From assembly GCF_009914755.1 (NCBI RefSeq), contig NC_060933.1: a DNA stretch of 64,000 bases. One strand, 5' to 3'. Shown here in pieces: positions 1-13,800 of this stretch. Source of the DNA: the human T2T-CHM13v2.0 reference genome, Homo sapiens. A program made the translations under genes and the position numbers. Each line of letters starts with the position of its first letter. Within the stretch, counting starts at the first letter, position 1. The notes below the pieces were generated by a model that was not told the origin of the DNA, did not search any database, and worked only from the letters and a program-made list of their open reading frames with translations.

Positions 1-3000
1 TTTCCATTGGATTCTTGTTGAATCCATTCCATTCCATTCCATTCCATTCGAATCCATTCCATTGCACTCGGGTTAATTCCATTCCATTCCATTCCATTTC
101 ATTTCATTCCATTCCATTCCATTACATTCGGATTGATTCTATTCCATTCCCTTACACTCCATTACATTCCATTCCATCTGGATGTTTCCATTGCATTCCA
201 TTCCACTCCACTCCATTCCATTGCATCAGGTTGATTGCATTCCATTCCATTCCATTCCATTCCGGATGATTCCATTCCATTGCATTCCATTCCATTCCAT
301 TCCCCTGCACTCGGGTTGATTCCATTCCATTCCATTCCATTCCATTCCATTCCATTCCATTCCGTTCCGTTCCATTCCATTCCATTCCATTCTATTCGGG
401 TTAATTCCATTCCATTCCTTTCGATTCCATTCCATTCCATTCCATTCCATTGCAATCGAGTTGATTCCATTCCATTCCATTCCATTCCGTTCCGGATGAT
501 TCCATTCCATTGCATTCCATTCCATTCCATTCCTCTGTAGTCGGGTTGATTCCATTCCATTCCATTCCATTCCATTCCATTCCATTCCATTCCGTTCCAT
601 TCCATTCCATTCCATTCTATTCGGGTTAATTCCATTCCATTCCATTCCATTCCATTCCATTCCAATCGAGTTGATTCCATTCCATTCCATTCCATTCCAT
701 TCCACTCCATTCCAGTCCTTTCCATTCCATTCCACTCGGGTTGATTCCAATGTATTCCTTTCCATTCCATTCCATTCCATTGCAATCGAGTTGATTCCAT
801 TGCTTTGCATTCCATTCCATTCCATTCCATTCCGGATGATTCCATTTCATTACATTCCATTCCATTCCATTCCCCTGCACTCGGGTTGATTCCATTCCAT
901 TCCACTCCATTCCGTTCCATTCCATTCCATTCCATTGTATTCGGGTTAGTTCCATTCCATTCCATTCCATTCCATTACAATCGAGTTGATTCCATTCCAT
1001 TCCATTCCATTCCAGTCCTTTCCATTCCATTCCACTCGGGTTGATTCCATTCTATTAGTTTCCATTCCATTCCATTCCCTTCCATTCCACTCTGGTTGAT
1101 TCCATTCCTTTCCATTCCACTCGAATACATTCCTTCCTTTTCCGCTCGGAAGGATTCCATTCCATTCCATTCCATTCCATTCCATTACATTACATTTCGT
1201 TCCATTCCTTTCTATTCCGTATCATTCCATTCCATTCCATTCCATTCCATTCCATTCCATTGTACTCGGGTTGATTCCATTCCATTGCATTCCATTCCAT
1301 TCCATTCCATTCCATTCCGTTGCATTCCATTCCATTACATTCGGATTGATTCTATTCAACTCTCTTACTCTCCATTACATTCCATTCCATTCGGGTTGTT
1401 CCATTCCATTCCATTCCATTCCACTCCATTCCATTGCACTCGGGTAGATTCCATTCCATTCCATTCCATTCCATTCCATTCCATTCCATTCCGGATGATT
1501 CCATTCCATTGCATTCCGTTCCATTACATTCCCCTGCGCTCGCGATGATTCCATTCCATTCCATTCCATTCCATTCCATTCCATTCCGTTCCGTTCCATT
1601 CCATTCCATTCCATTCCATTCCATTCCGTTCCGTTCCATTCCATTCCATTCTATTCGGGTTAATTCCATTCCATTCCATTCGATTGCAATCGAGTTGATT
1701 CCATTCCATTCCATTCAATTCCATTCCATTCCATTCCATTCCATTCCTTTCCATTCCATTACTGATGATTCCATTCCATTGCATTCCATTCCATTCCATT
1801 CCCCTGTACTCGGGTTGATTCCATTCCATTCCATTCCAATCCATACGATTCCACTCGTGTTGATTCCATTCTTTCCATTCCATTCAAGTTGAATCCATTC
1901 CATTGCATTCCATTCCATTCGATTCCATTCGATTGCACTCGGGTTGCTTCCATTCCATTGCATTCCATTCCATTCCATTCCATTCCATTCCATTCCATTC
2001 CGTTCCATTCCATTCCATTACATTCGGATTGATTCTATTCAATTCCCTTACACTCCATTACGTTCCATTCCATTCGGGTAGTTTCCATTCCATTCCATTC
2101 CGTTCCTCTCCATTCCATTGCACTCGGGTTGATTCCATTCCATTGCATTCCATTCCATTCCATTCAATTCCATTCCGTTCCATTCCATTCCATTACATTC
2201 GGATTGATTCTATTCAACTCCCTTACTCTCCATTACATTCCATTCCATTCGGGTTGTTCCATTCCATTCCATTCCATTCCACTCCATTCCATTGCACTCG
2301 GGTTGATTCCATGCCATTCCATTCCATTCCATTCCATTCCATTCCATTCCGGAAGATTCCATTCCATTGCATTCCATTCCATTCCATTCCCCTGCACTCG
2401 CGTTGATTCCATTCCATTCCATTCTATTCCATTCCATTCCCTTCCTTTCCGTTCCATTCCATTCCATTGCATTCCATTCCGTTCCGTTCCATTCCATTCC
2501 ATTCCTTTCTATTCGGGTTAATTCCATTCCATTCCATTCGATTGCAATCGAGTTGATTCCATTCCATTCCATTCCATTCCATTCCATTCCATTCCTTTCC
2601 ATTCCATTACGGATGATTCCATTCCATTGCATTCCATTCCATTCCATTCCCCTGTACTCGGGTTGATTCCATTCCATTCCATTCCAATCCATGCTATTCC
2701 ACTCGTGTTGATTCCATTCTTTCCATTCCATTCAAGTTGAATCCATTCCATTGCAATCCATTCCATTCGATTCCATTTGATTGCACTCGGCTTGATTCCA
2801 TTCCATTGCATTCCATTCCATTCCATTCCATTCCTTTCCGTTCCATTCCATTTCATTACATTCAGATTGATTCTATTCAATTCCCTTACACTCCATTATA
2901 TTCCAATCCATTCTGGTTGTCTCCATTCCATTCCATTCCATTTCACTCCATTCCATTGCACTCGGGTTGATTCCATTCCATTCCATTCCATTGCATTCCA

Positions 3001-4800
3001 TTCCATTCCATTCCGGATGATTCCATTCCATTGCATTCCATTCCATTCCATTCCCCTGCACTCGGGTTGATTCCATTCCATTCCACTCCATTCCGTTCCA
3101 TTCCATTCCATTCCATTGTATTCGGGTTAATTCCATTCCATTCCATTCCATTCCATTCCATTCCATTCCATTACAATCGACTTGATTCCATTCCATTCCA
3201 TTCCATTCCAGTCCTTTCCATTCCATTCCACTCGGGTTGATTCCATTCTATTAGTTTCCATTCCATTCCATTCCCTTCCATTCCACTCTGGTTGATTCCA
3301 TTCCTTTCCATTCCACTCGAATACTTTCCCTCCTATTCCACTCGGAACGATTCCATTCCATTCCATTCCATTCCATTCCATTCCATTCCATTCCATTCCA
3401 TTTCGTTCCATTCCATTCTATTCCGTATCATTCCATTCCATTCCATTCCATTCCATTCCATTCCATTCCATTCAATTGTACTCGGGTTGATTCCATTCCA
3501 TTTCATTCCATTCCATTCCATTCCGTTCCATTCCGTTCCATTCCATTCCATTCCATTCTATTCGGATTAATTCCATTCCATTCCATTCCATTCCATTCTA
3601 TTACATTCCATTGCAATCGAGTTGAATCCATTGCATTTCATTCCATTCCATTCCATTCCATTCCATTCCGGAATATTCCATTCCATTGCATTCCATTCCA
3701 TTCCATTCCCCTGCACTCGCGTTGATTCCATTCCATTCCATTCCATTCCATTCCATTCCATTCCATTCCCTTCCATTCCTTTCCATTCCGTTCCGTTCCA
3801 TTCCATTCCATTCCATTCCGTTCTGTTCCATTCCATTCTATTCGTGTTAATTCCATTCCATTCCATTCCATTGCAATCGAGTTGATTCCATTCCATTCCA
3901 TTCCATTCCATTCAATTCCATTCCATTCCATTCCATTCAATTCCATTCCATTCCATTCCATTCCATTCCTTTCCATTCCATTACGGATGATTCCATTCCA
4001 TTGCATTCCATTCCATTCCATTCCCCTGTACTCGGATTGATTCCATTGCATTCCATTCCAATCCATGCCATTCCACTCGTGTTGATTCCATTCTTTCCAT
4101 TTCATTCAAGTTGAATCCATTCCATTGCATTCCATTCCATTCCATTCCATTCGATTGCACTCGGGTTGATTCCATTCCATTGCATTCCATTCCATTCCAT
4201 TCCATTCCGTTCCATTCCATTCCATTACATTCGGATTGATTCTATTAAATTCCCTTACACTCCATTACATTCCATTCCATTCGGGTAGTTTCCATTCCAT
4301 TCCATTCCATTCCTCTCCATTCCATTGCACTCGGGTTGATTCCATTCCATTGCATTCCATTCCATTCCATTCAATTCCATTCCGTTCCATTCCATTCCAT
4401 TACATTCGGATTGATTCTATTCAACTCCCTTACTCTCCATTCCATTCCATTCCATTCGGGTTGTTCCATTCCATTCCATTCCATTCCACTCCATTCCATT
4501 GCACTCGGGTTCATTCCATTCCATTCCATTCCATTCCATTCCATTCCATTCCGGAAGATTCCATTCCATTGCATTCCATTCCATTCCATTCCCCTGCACT
4601 CGCGTTGATTCCATTCCATTCCATTCTATTGTATTCCATTCCCTTCCTTTCCGTTCCATTCCATTCCATTCCATTCCATTCGGTTCCGTTCCGTTCCGTT
4701 CCATTCCATTCCATGCCATTCTATTCGGGTTAATTCCATTCCATTCCATTCGATTGCACTCGGGTTGATTCCATTCCATTGCATTCCATTCCATTCCATT
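1..4800 (+). repeat. Higher-order repeat segment, copy 1 (period ~14.25 kb)
   Basis: Rare words recur at +14238 to +14258: tttccattggattcttgttg at 1 and 14249; ccatctggatgtttcc; ccgctcggaagg; cccctgcgctcgcgatg. Identical ORF translations: 1096/15349, 1903/16146, 4499/18757. Confidence 0.93.
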
Positions 4801-7800
4801 CCATTCCGTTCCATTCCATTTCATTACATTCAGATTGATTCTGTTCAATTCCCTTACACTCCATTATATTCCAATCCATTCTTGTTGTCTCCATTCCATT
4901 CCATTCCATTTCACTCCATTCCATTGCACTCTGGTTGATTCCATTCCATTCCATTCCATTGCATTCCATTCCATTCCATTCCGGATGATTCCATTCCATT
5001 GCATTCCATTCCATTCCATTCCCCTGCACTCGGGTTGATTCCATTCCAATCCACTCCATTCCGTTCCATTCCATTCCATTCCATTGTATTCGGGTTAATT
5101 CCATTCCATTCCATTCCATTCCATTCCATTCCATTCCATTACAATCGACTTGATTCCATTCCATTCCATTCCATTCCAGTCCTTTCCATTCCATTCCACT
5201 CGGGTTGATTCCATTCTATTAGTTTCCATTCCATTCCATTCCCTTCCATTCCACTCTGGTTGATTCCATTCCTTTCCATTCCACTCGAATACATTCCCTC
5301 GTATTCCACTCGGAACGATTCCATTCCATTCCATTCCATTCCATTCCATTCCAATCCATTCCATTCCATTTCGTTCCATTCCATTCTATTCCGTATCATT
5401 CCATTCCATTCCATTCCATTCCATTCCATTCCATTGTACTCGGGTTGATTCCATTCCATTGCATTCCATTCCATTCCATTCCATTCCATTCCATTCCGTT
5501 GCATTCCATTCCATTACATTCGGATTGATTCTATTCAACTCCCTTACTCTCCATTACATTCCATTCCATTCGGGTTGTTCCATTCCATTCCATTCCATTC
5601 CACTCCATTCCATTGCACTCGGGTTGACTCCATTCCATTCCATTCCGGATGATTCCATTCCATTGCATTCCGTTCCATTACATTCCCCTGCACTCGCGTT
5701 GATTCCATTACATTCCATTCCATTCAATTCCATTCCATTACAATTCGTTCCATTCCATTCTATTCCGTACCATTCCATTCCATTCCATACCATTCCATTC
5801 CATTCCATTCCATTCCATTCCGTTCCATTCCGTTCCATTCCATTCCATTCCACTCTATTCGGATTAATTCCATTCCATTCCATTCCATTCCATTCTATTC
5901 CATTCCATTGCAATCGAGTTGAATCCATTGCATTTCATTCCATTCCATTCCATTCCATTCCATTACGGAAGATTCCATTCCATTGCATTCCATTCCATTC
6001 CATTCCCCTGCACTCGCGTTGATTACATTCCATTCCATTCCACTCCATTCCGTTCCGTTCCATTCCATTCCATTCCATTCCATTCCTTTCCGTTCCGTTC
6101 CGTTCCATTCCATTCCATTCTATTCGGGTTAATTCCTTTCCATTCCATTCGATTGCAATCGAGTTGATTCCATTCCATTCCATTCCATTCCTTTCCATTC
6201 CATTCCGGAAGATTCCATTCCATTGCATTCCATTCCATTCCATTCCCCTTCACTTGCGTTGATTCCATTCCATTCCATTCCATTCCATTCCATTGCATTC
6301 CGTTCCATTCCATTCCATTCCTTTTCGTTCCATTCCATTCCATTCCGTTCCGTTCCATTCCTTTCCATTCCATTCTATTCGGGTTAATTCAATTCCATTC
6401 CATTCCATTGCAATCGAGTTGATTCCATTCCATTCCATTCCATTCCATTCCATTCCATTCCTTTCCTTTCCATTCCATTACGGATGATTCCATTCCATTG
6501 CATTCCATTCCATTCCATTTTCCTGTACTCGGGTTGATTCCAATCCATTGCATTCCAATCCATGCCATTCCACTCTTGTTGATTCCATTCTTTCCATTCC
6601 ATTCAAGTTGAATCCATTCCTTTGCATTCCATTCAATTCCATTCCATTCCCCTGCAGTCGGGTTGATTCCATTCCATTCCATTCCATTCCATTCCATTCC
6701 GTTCCATTCCATTCCATTCCATTCTATTCGGGTTAATTCCATTCCATTGCATTCCATTCCATTCCAATCGAGTTGATTCCATTCCATTCCATTCCATTCC
6801 ATTCCACTCCATTCCACTCCTTTCCACTCGGGTTGATTCCATTCCTTTTCGTTCCATTCCATTCCATTCCATTCCATTCCGTTCCGTTCCATTCCATTCC
6901 ATTCCATTCTATTCGGGTTAATTCAATTCCATTCCATTCCATTGCAATCCAGTTGATTCCAATCCGGATCATTCCATTCCATTGCATTCCATTCCATTCC
7001 ATTCCCCTGCACTCGGATTGATTCCATTGCATTCCATTCCATTACATTCCGTTCCATTCCGTTCCATTCCATTCTATTCGAGTTAATTCCATTCCATTCC
7101 ATTCCACTCCATTCCAGTCCTTTCCATTCCATTCCATTCGGGTTGATTCCATTCTATTCCTTTCCATTCCATTCCATTCCATTGTAATTGAGTTGATTCC
7201 ATTCGAGTTGAATCCATTCCATTCCATTCCAATCGATTCCATTGCACACGGGTTCATTCCATTCAATTCCATTCCATTCCATTCCATTCCATTCCATTCC
7301 ATTTCATTCCATTGCATTCTAATCCGTACCATTCCATTCTTTCCCATTCCATTCCGTTCCATTCCAAGCCATTACACTCGGGTTGATTCCATTCCTTTCC
7401 ATTCCATTCTTGTTGAATCCATTCCATTCCATTCCATTCCATTCGAATCCATTCCATTGCACTCGGGTTGATTCCATTCCATTCCATTCCATTCTATTTC
7501 ACCCCATTCCATTCCATTACATTCGGATTGATTCTATTCAATTACCTTACACTCCATTACATTCCATTCCATTCGGGATTTTTCCATTCCATTCCTTTCC
7601 ATTCCACTCCATTCCATTGCATCAGGTTGATTGCATTCCATTCCATTCCATTCCATTCCGGATGATTCCATTCCATTTCATTCCATTCTATTCCATTCCC
7701 CTGCACTCGGGTTGATTACATTCCATTCCATTCCCTTCCTTTCCTTTCCATTCCATTCCATTCCTTTCTATTCGGGTTAATTCCATTCCATTCCATTCGA

Positions 7801-10800
7801 TTGCATTCCTTTCCATTCCATTCCATTGCAATCGAGTTGATTGCATTCCATTCCATTCCATTCCGTTCCGGATGATTCCCTTCCATTGCATTCCATTCCA
7901 TTCCATTCCCCTGCAGTCGGGTTGATTCCATTCCATTCCATTCCATTCCATTCCATTCCATTCCATTCCGTTCCATTCCATTCCATTCCATTCTATTCGG
8001 GTTAATTCCATTCCATTCCATTCCACTCCATTCCATTACATCAGGTTGATTGCATTCCATTCCATTCCATTCCATTCCGGATGATTCCATTCCATTGCAT
8101 TCCTTTCCATTCCATTCCCCTGCACTCGGGTTGATTCCATTCCATTCCATTCCATTCCATTCCATTCCATTCCATTCCATTCCGTTCCATTCCATTCCAT
8201 TCCATTCTATTCCGGTTAATTCCATTCCATTCCATTCGATTCCATTCCATTCCATTCCATTCCATTGCAATCGAGTTGATTCCATTCCATTCAATTCCAT
8301 TCTATTCGGGTTAATTCCATTCCATTCCATTCCATTCCATTCCATTCCAATCGAGTTGATTCCATTCCATTCCATTCCATTCCATTCCACTCCATTCCAG
8401 TCCTTTCCATTCCATTACACTCGGGTTGATTCCATTCTATTCCTTTCCATTCCATTCCATTCCATTGCAATCGAGTTGATTCCATTGCTTTGCATTCCAT
8501 TCCATTCCATTCCATTCCGGATGATTCCATTCCATTGCATTCCATTCCAATCCATTCCCCTGCACTCGGGTTGATTCCATTCCATTCCACTCCATTCCGT
8601 TCCATTCCATTCCATTCCCTTGTATTCGGGTTAATTCCATTCCATTCCATTCCATTCCATTCCATTCCATTCCATTCCATTACAATCGAGTTGATTCCAT
8701 TCCATTCCATTGCATTCCATTCCATTCCAGTCCTTTCCATTTCATTCCACTCGGGTTGATTCCATTCTATTAGTTTCCATTCCATTCCATTCCCTTCCAT
8801 TCCACTCTGGTTGATTCCATTCCTTTCCATTCCACTCGAATACATTCCCTCCTATTCCACTCCATTCCATTCCTCTGCAGTCGGGTTGATTCCATTCCAT
8901 TCCATTCCATTCCATTCCATTCCATTCTATTCGGGTTAATTCCATTCCATTCCATTCCATTCCATTCCAGTTCGTTCCATTCCATTCTATTCGGTACCAT
9001 TCCATTCCATTCCATTCCTTTCCATTCCATTCCATTCCACTCGTGTTGATTCCATTCCTTTCCATTCCATTCGGTTTGAAGGCGTTCCATTCCATTCAAT
9101 TCCATTCCATTCTATTCCATTCCATTCCATTCCATTCCATTCCATTCCATTCCATTGCATTCCATTTTACTCGAGTTGATTCCATTCCATTGCATTCCAT
9201 TCCATTCCATTCCATTCCATTCCATTCCATTCCGTTGCATTCCATTCCATTACAATCGGATTGATTCTATTCAACTCCCTTACTCTGCATTACATTCCAT
9301 TCCCTTCGGGTTGTTCCATTCCATTCCATTCCATTCCACTCCATTCCATTGCACTCGGGTTGATTCCATTCCATTCCATTCCATTCCATTCCATTCCATT
9401 CCGGATGATTCCATTCCATTGCATTCCGTTCCATTACATTCCCCTGCACTCGCGTTGATTCCATTCCATTCCATTCCATTCCATTCAATTCCATTCCATT
9501 GCAATTCGTTCCATTCCATTCTATTCCTTACCATTCCATTCCATTCCATACCATTCCATTCCATTCCATTCCATTCCATTCCATTCCATTCCATTGCATT
9601 CCGTTCCATTCCATTCCATTCCATTCTATTCGGATTAATTCCATTGCATTCCATTCCATTCCATTCTATTCCATTCCATTGCAATCGAGTTGAATCCATT
9701 GCATTTCATTCCATTCCATTCCATTCCATTCCGGAAGATTCCATTCCATTGCATTCCATTCCATTCCATTCCCCTGCACTCGCGTTGATTCCATTCCATT
9801 CCATTCCATTCCATTCCATTCCATTCCATTCCGTTCCGTTCCGTTCCGTACCATTCCATTCCATTCCATTCCGTTCCGTTCCGTTCCATTCCATTCCATT
9901 CCATTCTATTCGGGTTAATTCCATTCCATTCCATTCGATTGCAATCGAGTTGATTCCATTCCATTCCATTCCATTCCATTCCATTCCATTCCTTCTCATT
10001 CCATTACGGATGATTCCATTCCATTGCATTCCATTCCATTCCATTCCTCTGTACTCGGGTTGATTCCATTCCATTCCATTCCAATCCATGCCATTCCACT
10101 CGTGTTGATTCCATTCTTTCCATTCCATTCAAGTTGAATCCATTCCATTGCATTCCATTCCATTCGATTCCATTCGATTGCACTCGGGTTGATTCCATTC
10201 CATTGCATTCCATTCCATTCCATTCCATTCCATTCCGTTCCATTCCATTCCATTCCATTCGGATTGATTCTATTCAATTCCCTTACACTCCATTATATTC
10301 CAATCCATTCTGGTTGTTTCCATTCCATTCCATTCCATTTCACTCCGTTCCATTGCACTCGGGTTGATTCCATTCCATTCCATTCCATTGCATTCCATTC
10401 CATTCCATTCCGGATGATTCCATTCCATTGCATTCCATTCCATTCCATTCCGGATGATTCCATTCCATTGCATTCCATTCCATTCCATTCCCCTGAACTC
10501 GCGTTGATTCCATTCCATTCCATTCCATTCCATTCCATTCCGGAAGATTCCATTCCATTGCATTCCATTCCATTCCATTCCCCTGCACTCGCGTTCATTC
10601 CAATCCATTCCATTCCATTCCATTCCGTTCCGTTCCATTCCATTCCATTCCATTCCATTCCATTCCATTCCATTCCGTTCCGTTCCGTTCCATTCCATTC
10701 CATTCCATTCTATTCGGGTTAATTCCATTCCATTCCATTCGATTGCAATCGAGTTGATTCCATTCCATTCCATTCCATTCCATTCCATTCCATTCCATTC

Positions 10801-13800
10801 CTTTCCATTCCATTACGGATGATTCCATTCCATTGCATTCCATTCCATTCCATTCCCCTGTACTCGGGTTGATTCCATTCCATTCCATTCCAATCCATGC
10901 CATTCCACTCGTGTTGATTCCATTCTTTCCATTCCATTCAAGTTGAATCCATTCCATTGCATTCCATTCCATTCGATTCCATTCGATTGCACTCGGGTTG
11001 ATTCCATTCCATTGCACTCCATTCCATTCCATTTCATTCCATTCCATTCCTTTCCATTCCATTCCATTCCATTCCATTCCATTCCATTGCAATCGAGTTG
11101 ATTACTTTCCATTCCTTTCCATTCCATTCCATTGCCTTGCATTGCACTCGGGTTGATTCCATTCCATTGCACTCCATTCCATTCCATTCCATTCCATTCC
11201 ACTCCATTCCAGTCCTTTCCATTCCATTCCACTCGGGCTGATTCCAATGTATTCCTTTCCATTCCATTCCATTCCATTGCAATCGAGTTGATTCCATTGC
11301 TTTGCATTCCATTCCATTCCATTCCATTCCGGATGATTCCATTCCATTGCATTCCATTCCATTCCATTCCCCTGCACTCGGGTTGATTCCATTCCATTCC
11401 ACTCCATTCCGTTCCATTCCATTCCATTCCATTGTATTCGGGTTAATTCCATTCCATTCCATTCCATTCCATTAAAATCGAGTTGATTCCATTCCGTTCC
11501 ATTCCATTCCATTCCATTCCATACCAGTCCTTTCCATTCCCTTCCACTCGGGTTGATTCCATTCTATTAGTTTCCATTCCATTCCATTCCCTTCCATTCC
11601 ACTCTGGTTGATTCCATTCCTTTCCATTCCACTCGAATACATTCCCTCCTATTCCACTAGGAACGATTCCATTCCATTCCATTCCATTCCATTCCATTCC
11701 ATTCCATTCCATTTCGTTCCATTCCATTACACTCGGGTTGATTCCATTCCATTCCATTCCATTCCATTCCTTTCCATTCCATTCCATTACATTCGGATTG
11801 ATTCCATTCAATTCCCTTACACTCCATTATATTCCATTCCATTCGGGTTGTTTACATTCCATTCCATTCCATTCCACTCCATTCCAATGAACTCGGGTTG
11901 ATTCCATTCCATTCCATTCCATTCCATTCCATTCCATTCCATTCCTTTCCGGATGATTCCGTTCTATTACATTCCCCTGCACTCGGGTTGATTCCATTCC
12001 ATTCCATTCGATTCCATTCCATTCCAATTCGTTCCATTCCATTCTATTCCGTACCATTCCATTCCATTCCATACCGTTCCGTTCCGTTCCGTTCCGTTCC
12101 GTTCCGTTCCATTCCATTCCATTCCATTCTATTCGGGTTAATTCCATTCCATTCCATTCCATTCCATTCCATTCCATTCCATTCTATTCCATTCCATTGC
12201 AATCGAGTTGAATCCATTGCATTGCATTCCATTCCATTCCATTCCATTCCATTCCATTCCATTCCATTCCGGAAGATTCCATTCCATTGCATTCCATTCC
12301 ATTCCATTCCCCTGCACTCGCGTTGATTCCATTCCATTCCATTCCATTCCATTCCGTTCCGTTCTGTTCGATTCCATTCCATTCCATTCCATTCCGTTCC
12401 GTTCCATTCCATTCCATTCCATTCTATTCGGGTTAATTCCATTCCATTCCATTCGATTGCAATCGAGTTGATTCCATTCCATTCCATTCCATTCCATTCC
12501 ATTCCATTCCATTCCATTCCTTTCCATTCCATTACGGATAATTCCATACCATTGCATTCCATTCCATTTCAATCCCCTGTACTCGGGTTGATTCCATTCC
12601 ATTCCATTCCATTCCCCTGCAGTCGGGTTGATTCCATTCCATTCCATTCCATTCCATTCGATTCCATTCCATTCCAATTCTTTCCATTCCATTCCGTTCC
12701 GTTCCGTTCCGTTCCGTTGCATTCCATTCCATTCCATTCTATTCGGGTTAATTCCATTCCATTCCATTCCATTCCATTCCATTCTATTCCATTCCATTGC
12801 AATCGAGTTGAATCCATTGCATTTCATTCCATTCCATTCCTTTCCATTCCGGAATATTCCATTCCATTGCATTCCATTCCATTCCATTCCCCTGCACTCG
12901 CGTTGATTCCATTCCATTCCATTCCATTCCGTTCCGTTCCGTTCCATTCCATTCCATTCCATTCCGTTCCGTTCCATTCCATTCCATTGTATTCGGGTTA
13001 ATTCCATTCCATTCCATTCGATTGCAATCGAGTTGATTCCATTCCATTCCATTCCATTCCATTCCATTCCATTCCATTCCTTTCCATTCCATTACGGATG
13101 ATTCCATTCCATTGCATTACATTCCATTCCATTCCCCTGTACTCGGGTTGATTCCATTCCATTCAATTCCATTCCATTCTATTCCATTCCATTCCATTCC
13201 ATTCCGGAAGATTCCATTCCATTGCATTCCATTCCATTCCATTCCCCTGCACTCGCGTTGATTCCATTCCATTCCATTCCATTCCAATCCATTCCATTCC
13301 ATTCCATTCCGATCCATTCCATTCCATTCCATTCCATTCCATTCCGTTCCGTTCCGTTCCATTCCATTCCATTCCATTCCATACTATTCGGGTTAATTCC
13401 ATTCCATTCCATTCGATTGCAATCGAGTTGATTCCATTAAATTCCATTCTATTCCATTCCATTCCATTCCATTCCATTCCATTCCTTTCCTTTCCATTAT
13501 ATTACGGATGATTCCATTCCATTGCATTCCATTCCATTCCATTCCCCTGTACTCGGGTTGATTCCATTCCATTCCATTCCAATCCATGCCATTCCACTCG
13601 TGTTGATTCCATTCTTTCCATTCCATTCAAGTTGAATCCATTCCATTGCATTCCATTCCATTCGATTCCATTTGATTGCACTCGGGTTGATTCCATGGCA
13701 TTGCATTCCATTCCATTCCATTGCATTCCATTCCATTCCATTCCCCTGTACTCGGGTTGATTCCATTCCATTCCATTCCAATCCATGCCATTCCACTCAT

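Noticed and set aside
2347-2356. TTCCGGAA as a STAT (GAS) site, or CCGGAAG as an ETS site
   Set aside because: GAS needs TTC-N3-GAA and this is N2. The ETS match lacks the preferred terminal T. The HSE reading fits exactly, so it was preferred.
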